Source: an uncultured Pseudomonadota bacterium (GTDB lineage: Bacteria > Myxococcota_A > Polyangia > Fen-1088). Taken from it: 64,000 nucleotides of DNA. Shown in pieces: positions 56,789 to 64,000 of the stretch. A program made the translations under genes and the position numbers. Where the stretch lies: assembly GCA_963847705.1 (NCBI GenBank), contig CAWKBC010000014.1:256001-320000 (forward strand), read 5' to 3'. Under the pieces are notes generated by a model. That model saw only the letters and a list, made by a program, of their open reading frames with translations. It did not search any database and was not told the origin of the DNA. Every line of letters begins with the position of its first letter. Within the stretch, counting starts at the first letter, position 1.

Positions 56789-57712
56789 TTAGGGAACGCA
56801 CCCTTTGCCGTTGTCGTACAGTTCATTCATCTGACTCACGGTCAGGGCTACAGTCCAAATGCCCACATTCGCGATGGCCCCATCGAAGGAAGGGCCGAGG
56901 GACGTCGAAGTAGGAATCGGGAAATTATTGGAACCGATGGTGACCGTGTCCAGATCGTAGTCGTAAAGCGTTTGCGACGCAGTGGCGCTCACGCCGCTCG
57001 AATACAAGGTGACGGTGCTTGCGCCGTCGTAGGCGAGGCAGACGAAACTCCACTGCCCCGCGGGGACGGCTACGCTCGCCGACGATCGGCAGGCGCCTCC
57101 GTTCCAGTGGTCGAGAAATAGCAGGCTGTTGGCCGTTGAGGAACACGGGTTGCCAGAGGCACCAATTCCAAAAAGATCGACATCTCCGGCGGTGGGACCT
57201 CCGACGAAGATTGGTTGGCCACCTGCTGAGGTTTGGGGCTCGACCCACGCGCACATCGTTCGGGCTCCCTTGAGGGAATAGGAGCATCCAATCCCGATGG
57301 AGCTCGTTGATCCATTGAATTGGTAGGCACCGCCCGGCAGTGTCGGAACTCCTGGAACGGCAGTGACCTGAGAACCTGTCGCATTGTGGCCGTTACCTGA
57401 AGAATCGTCGAAGCCGGTAGCGAATGAGTAGTATGCGAGCAGGCCATCCGAGAGAGCGGGATCGCCGCACGTTGAAGAACGGCCCCCATCCGCTGCTGCG
57501 CCCGCACCGCACGATGCGGCGCCGGCAGCGCCGCCCACGCCAGCCGCACCGCCAACACCGCCGCCGTGCCCAGCCGCAGCGCCGCCCGAACCTCCACCCT
57601 TGCCGGCTCCGCCATCGCCGGGGGGCGTGTTGCTGCTGCTGCAGCCGGCCGCGATTGCCACCAACGAGAGCACAAACACCGGCGCCCGAAGCTTTCTGAT
57701 TCTAGTTAGCAC
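56789..57712 (-). CDS. LamG-like domain lipoprotein with Gly-rich linker
   Basis: Lipobox AAGC, LAYYSF..DSSGNG, WSFVC and FDGAIANVGIW. More A/T-ending codons than its neighbours. GTG start after a GAGGGAGAGG RBS. Confidence 0.8.
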   Translation of the reverse strand: MLTRIRKLRAPVFVLSLVAIAAGCSSSNTPPGDGGAGKGGGSGGAAAGHGGGVGGAAGVGGAAGAASCGAGAAADGGRSSTCGDPALSDGLLAYYSFATGFDDSSGNGHNATGSQVTAVPGVPTLPGGAYQFNGSTSSIGIGCSYSLKGARTMCAWVEPQTSAGGQPIFVGGPTAGDVDLFGIGASGNPCSSTANSLLFLDHWNGGACRSSASVAVPAGQWSFVCLAYDGASTVTLYSSGVSATASQTLYDYDLDTVTIGSNNFPIPTSTSLGPSFDGAIANVGIWTVALTVSQMNELYDNGKGCVP

Positions 57713-58172
57713 TCGTATGGTGTCCTCTCCCTCAGATTTGACCGCTCGGAATTCCAGCCTTCGCTTCGGCCGGTCAAAATACCATACCGAAGACGTACGC
57801 CCGATAGGGCCGCCACCGGTATCATGGAAAACCCTGTTCGTACGTTTCGGAGATGTTTCTTGGCCGGCGGGCCGAACGGGCTTGGCGCCTCCCACGGCCC
57901 ACCGATGTAAAGCGTGATCAACCTCCCGCCAGGCCGGCCCGCGACAGGTGCCGGAGCGGCGGAATAACTATGCGGACAACGCGCCCGACGCCGGAGCACC
58001 GAAAACGCGGAGCGGAACGGGATTAAAGCGGGCGCGCTCCGCTCGAAGAGTCTTCAGCAATTCATCGAAGAAGACGATCGAGGGGTCGATTCTCCGTCAG
58101 AGAAATGAGCGAGATCAGGGGCTTACCGTCACAGGACGTGTCGGGCCGTCACCCCTGGTCTCGCTCGAGTGG

Positions 58173-58355
58173 TTACGCTCGGGCGGGACTCCGCAGCCCG
58201 GAAACCAGGCACGCGAGAACGTCAGGCGGCAGCGGCGCACCGTTGCCCATCGGGTCCCGCGCATAAGCGTCCGTCAACGCGACAACATCGCGTTGATGAT
58301 CCAGTCGAGACAGGTCAGCCTCGACAATCTCGGGGTCTGGGGCGAACGAGGTCAC
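58173..58355 (-). pseudogene. N-terminal fragment of a GNAT acetyltransferase
   Basis: IVEADL...HQRDVVAL.DAYARDPMGNG.PL...L..GLR matches the start of a GNAT subfamily. The acetyl-CoA-binding half is missing. Confidence 0.65.
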
Positions 58356-58947
58356 CTTCGATGTCCGTCGAGCCGTGTCGGTGAACCGGCGACCGGCAGA
58401 CTGTTCTTCAGCCTGTGGGGCGCAACAACTCCGTCCGCCCGCTCATGCAGCTCCCCATCTCCCGGGCCCTACGGGCCCCCCACTGCCCCCGAGCCGGCAC
58501 GAGCGAAGACGCTTCTCCTTGACCGGCATGCTCGTATGGGGCGAGTCTTTGCTGCGTGGCCGTCACGAGGGAGCAGGGTCCTTGTTTGCGCCCAACAGGG
58601 GGTTCTTACGGCCCAAGATCGCGGGGTGAGCTGTTGACGGAAGGGACTATCATCGCCCGAAAGCGCCGCTTGAAAGTCCCATCCGCTCTCGTCCTGTCGT
58701 TCGGCGGAATGACGACGGGCACGACCCTCTCGAGCACCACGTCGACGGCGGTCGCCGTGGGCGAGACCAATGGTCAGACCGCGGCCGGCGTCGGGGGGAG
58801 CGCGTCGCTCACGGTCACGGCGCTGCCGACCGCCCGGACCGTCGGCAGCTTCTCGGAGACCCTTCCCGTGACGGCGGGCAGCAGCGCCACCTCCCCGCCG
58901 CTGATCGCCAATGGCGTCTTTAACGTCCAGATTCTGGAGGTCTCGCG

Positions 58948-58983
58948 ATGCCACTGACCATTCGGATGCCACTGACCATTCGA
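58948..58983 (+). repeat. 18-bp tandem duplication at gene start
   Basis: atgccactgaccattcgg atgccactgaccattcga (MPLTIR twice). Confidence 0.8.
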
Positions 58984-59568
58984 ACGATCGGAGCGTTGCT
59001 CGCGGCCACAACGGCGTTGGTCGGATGCAGCAGCGGCGGTTCGGGCGCGAGTCCGCCCGCCAACGAAGCGGGCGCCGCGATCAGCAGCGTGCCGAGCGGC
59101 ACGAAGCTGAGTGCCCTGACGCCGACGCAGGCGACCCAGCTCTGCAGCGACTTGGACGCCTACGTCCAGGAAGCCTCACTCGACCGGACTTGCGGACTGT
59201 GGGGCCTGGACCAGGCGGCGGCGTTGGCAGCCAAGACCCCGGCGTCTTCCGACGCCGACCTTCAGGCCGCCTGCACCCAAGGCTACAGCCAGTGTCTGAG
59301 CGGCGATGCCGGGCTCACCACCGGCTCCCCGTGTGATTCGAGTACACTCTCGCAGGTCCCGTCGAGCTGCACCGCGACCGTCGGCCAGCTCGAGACCTGC
59401 ACGGAGGATCGACAGGCAGCCTCGAACCAGATGGTCGCGTCGCGCCCGAGCTGCGCCTCGCTGACCGCCGCCACCTTGAAAGCGACGCTATCGCCCGATG
59501 CCGGGACAGGACGCTTCACCGACCCTGCAAGCTGCACCCCGTTCGACTCGAATTGCCCGATCAACTGA
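58948..59568 (+). CDS. Cys-rich hypothetical lipoprotein
   Basis: GGAGG RBS, lipobox LVGC, about 10 further Cys (QLC, C.ATVG.LE.C). Confidence 0.8.
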   Translation: MPLTIRMPLTIRTIGALLAATTALVGCSSGGSGASPPANEAGAAISSVPSGTKLSALTPTQATQLCSDLDAYVQEASLDRTCGLWGLDQAAALAAKTPASSDADLQAACTQGYSQCLSGDAGLTTGSPCDSSTLSQVPSSCTATVGQLETCTEDRQAASNQMVASRPSCASLTAATLKATLSPDAGTGRFTDPASCTPFDSNCPIN

Positions 59569-59737
59569 CGAGGCGGCACCACCCTTTTGGCTCACAGCTG
59601 CGAACCAGGACATTCCGAACAAACATGTACGCAACTGCGCCACGCTGGATATCACTGAGGAATCCCCGGTCTGATCGCTCGCGCTGACGCCCCGCCAGGC
59701 GATCCTCCCTCGGAGACGTGCCGATTCACGAGGAGGC

Positions 59738-60202
59738 TCAGCGAATGAACCGGTCCCCGATGGAGGTCGACGGTGGCGATGGGAAGGGGCCGCCCCTCCG
59801 CTGTGGGGATGGAAACAACCAGAACGCCAGGAGGCGGGTTACCCGTGGCATGATCACGTAGTTCAGCAACAGGACCTGTAAGACCGCGCCGATCGTGACC
59901 CGGATGAATCGTGGTGCAGCTTCGGCATGCCTGACCGTGGCGTCGCCAGCGACGATGCCATCGAGATCGACTTGCCATCGCTCACGTTGGCCCGACGCCT
60001 GCCACGCTCGCAGGTTCGCCAGTGAGTCGAAACGGACGATCGACACGTACTCGTGCTCGGCGCTGTTGTGGACAACTTCGGTGCCTAGATAGCCCTCGGT
60101 GCCGTGGACCTGTTGCTGGAGGATCCTGAGCTGACGTTCGTAGTCGGCTTCACGTCCGGGAAGCACTCGTCGAGCCACGACCAGGGTGACCGGTCCAGTC
60201 AT
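59738..60202 (-). pseudogene. antibiotic-biosynthesis-monooxygenase (ABM) membrane protein with probable internal deletion
   Basis: PVTLVVARRV.PGRE..YE...RFDS..NL.AW..S..R joins directly to the last TM (YVIMPRVTRLL..WLF). The usual middle linker and TM segment appear to be missing. Confidence 0.55.
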
Positions 60203-60392
60203 ACTCGCCGCACACGGGCGCATACCGCCGTCCACTATCGTTACTGTCATGTCGTTGGTCAGGCACAGGAAGCATGAACTCGCTTGGGTCAAATCGACCC
60301 ATAAGCCTTCGTTGTAAAGAGCGCTTTCTCGAAACGTAGGATCTCCCACATGCGCCGACGGGTGCGCACTCTCCCGGCCCAGGAGGGAGACG

Positions 60393-61631
60393 ATGGCTCA
60401 ACCAAGCACGACAGGACAGGGGAGCAAGCAAGCACCGGACAAGGCGACTAAGGACGCACTTCGTCCCTTTCAGGTGAACATTCCGGAGTCCGATCTCACC
60501 GAGCTCCGCCAGCGTATCAACAACACGAAGTGGCCCGAACGGGAAACCGTCCCAGACGCAACCCAAGGCGTGCAGCTCGCGACGACTCAAGCGCTCGCCC
60601 GGTATTGGGGCACGGGATACGATTGGCGCGAATGCGAGGCGCGACTGAACGCCTTCCCGCAATTCATAACCGAGATCGATGGGCTGGATATCCACTTCAT
60701 TCACGTGCGCTCGAAACATGAAAAGGCGCTGCCGATCATCGTCACGCACGGATGGCCCGGCTCGGTTGTCGAGCAGATGAAGATCATCGATCCCCTCACC
60801 AATCCCACGGCCCATGGGGGAAGTGCATCGGACGCGTTCGATGTGGTCGTCCCGTCGATGCCTGGATACGGGTTCTCGGGGAAGCCGACCGCGCCCGGCT
60901 GGGATCCCGACCACATCGCGCGCGCCTGGGTTACGCTGATGAAGCGTCTTGGGTACACGAAATTTGTGGCGCAAGGCGGTGACTGGAGTGCGGTCATCGT
61001 GGATACGATGGGGGTGCAGGCGGCTCCGGAGCTGCTCGGCATTCACACCAACATGCCTGGCGTCTTTCCAGCCGAGATTGACCAAGCAGCCGCTTCCGGA
61101 AAGCCGGCGCCATCCAGTCTTTCAGCTGATGAGAAGATCGCTTATGAGCGTCTGCAGTTCGTGTATCAAAAGGGAATCGCCTACGGATACCAGATGGGGC
61201 TACGCCCTCAGACGCTTTACGGAATCGCTGATTCCCCCGTCGGCCTGGCAGCGTATTTCTTGGATCACGACGCGCGCAGCTACCAGCTGATCACGCGCGT
61301 CTTTGCGGGAGGGTCCGAGGGACTCACCCCCGATGACATTCTGGACAATATTACGATCACTTGGTTGACGAACACCGCCCTGTCCGGTGCCCGTCTCTAT
61401 TGGGAGTATTGGGGCAAAGGCGGGTATTTCAATGCCAAAGGCGTCTCCATCCCGGTGGCTGTGAGCGTCTTCCCTGATGAGCTCTATCCCGCTCCTCGGA
61501 GCTGGACGGAACAGGCGTACCCCAAGCTCATTCATTTCAACACGCTCCCCAAGGGCGGGCACTTTGCGGCCTGGGAACAGCCGAAGCTTTTTTCAGAAGA
61601 GCTCCGCGCGGGCTTCAGATCGCTGCGGTAG
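60393..61631 (+). CDS. epoxide hydrolase (microsomal/EHN type)
   Basis: RPF, HGWPGS, PSMPGYGFS, QGGDW and GGHFAAWEQP. GGAGG RBS. Confidence 0.95.
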   Translation: MAQPSTTGQGSKQAPDKATKDALRPFQVNIPESDLTELRQRINNTKWPERETVPDATQGVQLATTQALARYWGTGYDWRECEARLNAFPQFITEIDGLDIHFIHVRSKHEKALPIIVTHGWPGSVVEQMKIIDPLTNPTAHGGSASDAFDVVVPSMPGYGFSGKPTAPGWDPDHIARAWVTLMKRLGYTKFVAQGGDWSAVIVDTMGVQAAPELLGIHTNMPGVFPAEIDQAAASGKPAPSSLSADEKIAYERLQFVYQKGIAYGYQMGLRPQTLYGIADSPVGLAAYFLDHDARSYQLITRVFAGGSEGLTPDDILDNITITWLTNTALSGARLYWEYWGKGGYFNAKGVSIPVAVSVFPDELYPAPRSWTEQAYPKLIHFNTLPKGGHFAAWEQPKLFSEELRAGFRSLR

Positions 61632-61661
61632 CGTCTGTCACAAGAGAGAAGGAGGTGCGCC

Positions 61662-62534
61662 ATGCCCGACCAATCGCAGTTCAGCATCGACCGCAGCCTT
61701 CCGGGTCGGTGGACGATCACCTTCAGCAACCCGCCGATCAATATGTTTGTTCCCACCACGATCGTCGAATTGGGAGCACTCATGACCGACCTCGAGGCGG
61801 ACCCATCCGTGAAGGTCGTCGTGTTCCAGTCGGCGAATCCCGAGTTTTTCGTCGCCCACCTCGACGTGGCCAAGGCGGCCGAACGGCCGGAGGCGCTGGG
61901 CCTCTGGCGCGACTTCGTGCTGCGCCTGTCGTCCACGCCAGTCGTGAGCATCGCCAAGATTCGGGGCCGCACGCGCGGCATCGGCAACGAGCTCGTGCTG
62001 GCTTGCGACATGCGCTTCGCCAGCCGGCACAGTGCCCTGTTCGGCAACCCCGAGGTCGGCGTCGGACTGGTCCCGGGCGGCGGAGCACTGGAATGGCTCC
62101 CGCGCCTGGTCGGCCGCTCGCGGGCACTCGAGATCGTCCTCAGCGGCGACGACTTCGATGCTGATATCGCCGAGCGCTATGGCTGGGTGAACCGCACGCT
62201 GGACGACGACGACCTCGATGCGTTTGTCGATGCGCTCGTCCGGCGTCTGGCCTCGTTCGACCGTGAAGTGCTGGCCGCAGCCAAGGCCCAACTCAATCGG
62301 TTCGGGACACCCTCAGCTGCCGAGCTCAAGTCGAGCAACGACCTCTTCTTCCCACTGCTGGCCTTGCCCGGCGCACAGGCCCGCCGGGCCAAGGTTCGCG
62401 ATGCCGGGTACGGCGTTCCGAGCGACTTCGAATTGAACTTCGGCCGGTACCTCCCTGGATTCGGGCCGGCGGACGGCGATGATACGGATACGCATCCCGA
62501 CACACGTGGTCAAAGTCCGCCAGCGTCCCATTAG
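61662..62534 (+). CDS. enoyl-CoA hydratase/isomerase family protein
   Basis: FFVAHLD, GIGNELVLACDMRFA, PEVGVGLVPGGG and AERYGWVNR. Confidence 0.93.
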   Translation: MPDQSQFSIDRSLPGRWTITFSNPPINMFVPTTIVELGALMTDLEADPSVKVVVFQSANPEFFVAHLDVAKAAERPEALGLWRDFVLRLSSTPVVSIAKIRGRTRGIGNELVLACDMRFASRHSALFGNPEVGVGLVPGGGALEWLPRLVGRSRALEIVLSGDDFDADIAERYGWVNRTLDDDDLDAFVDALVRRLASFDREVLAAAKAQLNRFGTPSAAELKSSNDLFFPLLALPGAQARRAKVRDAGYGVPSDFELNFGRYLPGFGPADGDDTDTHPDTRGQSPPASH

Positions 62535-62555
62535 TGGGCGAGGAGTGTCCGTTGG

Positions 62556-63503
62556 ATGAGCGCCATGACTTCCACGCCGACAGGCACGGACGCCAAGAAG
62601 GCTGCCACGTCCGGCAAGCTGTTCTTCTTGGACCTCGGCGCCGGGCGGGTACTGTCCGCAAACCCTGACGGTTCGGATCTGAAGACCATCATCAGCGAGG
62701 GTCGAAAGTTGCCCGATGGCCTGGCGCTGGACGTCGCTGCTGGGCACATCTACTGGACCAATATGGGTGATCCCAAGAGGAATGATGGCTCGATCCTACG
62801 GTCGGATCTCAACGGCCAGAACATGGTCACCATCGTTCCGCCTGGCGCCACGTTCACGCCCAAGCAGCTCCAACTGGAGAAGAGGGCTGGAAAGCTGTAC
62901 TGGTCCGACCGGGAAGGCATGCGCGTGATGCGGGCAAACCTGGACGGTTCGGAAATCGAAACTCTGGTGGATACGAGTGGGGGTGATTCGCGCCCGGGAT
63001 CGGATCCGAGGAAATGGTGTGTCGGCGTTGCGGTCGACACTCACGGCGGCAAGTTTTATTGGACCCAGAAGGGTGGCAGCGACGCGGGTGTGGGTCGGAT
63101 TTGTCGGGCCAATATCGAAATCCCACGAGGTCAGTCGGCCGAGAACCGCCGGGACATTGAGCTCCTGTATGACAATCTTCCGGAGCCGATCGATCTGGAC
63201 CTCGATCCCGTCAATCGGACGCTGTATTGGACCGACCGCGGGGACCCGCCGCGTGGCAATACGGTGAACCGTGCACCCATGGACCCGGAGGCCGAGGATG
63301 GCAAGGCGCCTCAGATCCTTGTCACCCATTTGATGGAAGGCATCGGACTGGCCTTGGACCTGAAGGGCGGTCGAATGTTCATTACCGACTTTGCCGGCTC
63401 CGTCTACAGCGCCGATCTCGACGGGTCGAACCGGAGGACGTTGCTTATTGCTGAAGGAAACCTCACCGGAATTGCATACGCAGAGGTGCCGTCTGGAAAC
63501 TGA
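62556..63503 (+). CDS. YWTD (LDL-receptor-type) beta-propeller protein
   Basis: Repeats IYWTN, LYWSD, FYWTQ, LYWTD and MFITD. Confidence 0.88.
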   Translation: MSAMTSTPTGTDAKKAATSGKLFFLDLGAGRVLSANPDGSDLKTIISEGRKLPDGLALDVAAGHIYWTNMGDPKRNDGSILRSDLNGQNMVTIVPPGATFTPKQLQLEKRAGKLYWSDREGMRVMRANLDGSEIETLVDTSGGDSRPGSDPRKWCVGVAVDTHGGKFYWTQKGGSDAGVGRICRANIEIPRGQSAENRRDIELLYDNLPEPIDLDLDPVNRTLYWTDRGDPPRGNTVNRAPMDPEAEDGKAPQILVTHLMEGIGLALDLKGGRMFITDFAGSVYSADLDGSNRRTLLIAEGNLTGIAYAEVPSGN

Positions 63504-63645
63504 CCCCCGCGTGAGTGACCACGACACCGGCGACAAGGGCCGGGAGAACGCCAGGCCGCGCAAGCCGTCCGCCCACGCAGCCGACAATGGGTGACTCGAT
63601 CGGGGATCGGCCGATGCCACCGGACGGGGGGGCACGGGCGGTGGT

Positions 63646-64000
63646 ATGGGCGGCGCCGCCGGCGGCGGGCCCGTCCACGATGGTGGGGCCGGCGGAACTG
63701 CCAGCGAGACGACGACGACCGCCTGTCTGGAATCGGTCCAGGCTCAATGCGAGCGAGAGGCCGCCTGCGAAGCGGTCGGTCTCGGCAGCTGCCTGGCTTA
63801 CGGCGCGCTCTGTCCCGATTACTATTTCAACGCGGACTCGGCCCGCACCGTGACCGGGCTCGTCAACTGCCTCCCTGCCATGAAGGCGCGGACCTGCACC
63901 GACCTCGTGATGGGGATCTTCCCTTCTTGCTACGTGTATGGCCGGCGACCGAGCGGCGCGGGCTGCGCCTATCCCAGCCAATGCGCAAGCGGCCTTTGCG
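63646..64000 (+). CDS. Cys-rich extracellular-type protein (3' partial; N-terminus probably lost)
   Basis: The frame is open to the window end: Gly linker, then TACLESVQAQCERE.ACE...CP.YYF...C...C...GC.YPSQCASGLC. An upstream in-frame stop at 63592 leaves no signal peptide. Confidence 0.55.
   Translation, partial: MGGAAGGGPVHDGGAGGTASETTTTACLESVQAQCEREAACEAVGLGSCLAYGALCPDYYFNADSARTVTGLVNCLPAMKARTCTDLVMGIFPSCYVYGRRPSGAGCAYPSQCASGLC

Noticed and set aside
58556-58957. Thr/Ser-rich ORF resembling an Ig-like domain fragment
   Set aside because: It has no credible start or signal peptide and only a vague resemblance. It may be another remnant, but I cannot support a call.
1-64000. tRNA, rRNA, integrase, transposase or prophage genes
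   Set aside because: No such motifs or structures were recognised by eye anywhere in the window.

Overview
This is a 64 kb window of very GC-rich chromosomal DNA, most likely from a myxobacterium (Myxococcota). That assignment is inferred from the Gly-rich-linker surface lipoproteins, sigma54 two-component systems, a CarQ/CarR-like ECF pair and Cys-rich secreted proteins. I found no rRNA, tRNA, CRISPR array or transposase. The window is a mosaic of small modules. (1) Transporters: an RND C-terminus, an NCS2-like permease, a KimA-like APC transporter, MFS plus porin, and CstA-YbdD. (2) A PA2779-like double-glycine precursor coupled to a stand-alone C39 peptidase lipoprotein. (3) Two sigma54 two-component systems. 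One lies between two identical tandem palindromic enhancer boxes and two -24/-12 promoters, which drive a Gly/Trp-rich secreted protein and an uncharacterised four-gene operon (glutathionylspermidine-synthase-like ATP-grasp ligase, lipoprotein, two Fe/2OG oxygenases). (4) A light/singlet-oxygen island: ECF sigma and anti-sigma, SRPBCC-crtY-crtE-crtI-crtB, an unknown His-rich membrane protein, a helical-repeat protein, a glycosyltransferase, ybgA and photolyase, with matching divergent ECF promoters. (5) An operon preceded by a Fur box, encoding an 817-aa orphan lipoprotein and a beta-propeller/di-heme cytochrome c peroxidase-family lipoprotein. (6) A TetR/FAD monooxygenase pair. (7) A lower-GC tail with an epoxide hydrolase, an enoyl-CoA hydratase and a YWTD propeller. 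Several gene remnants mark module junctions, and two frameshifts share the same GATC->GAATC signature. The strongest candidates for an undescribed system are the ATP-grasp/oxygenase operon, the Fur-boxed di-heme enzyme/partner pair, and the unexplained accessory genes of the carotenoid operon. All family assignments come from motif recognition by eye; no database searches were run.
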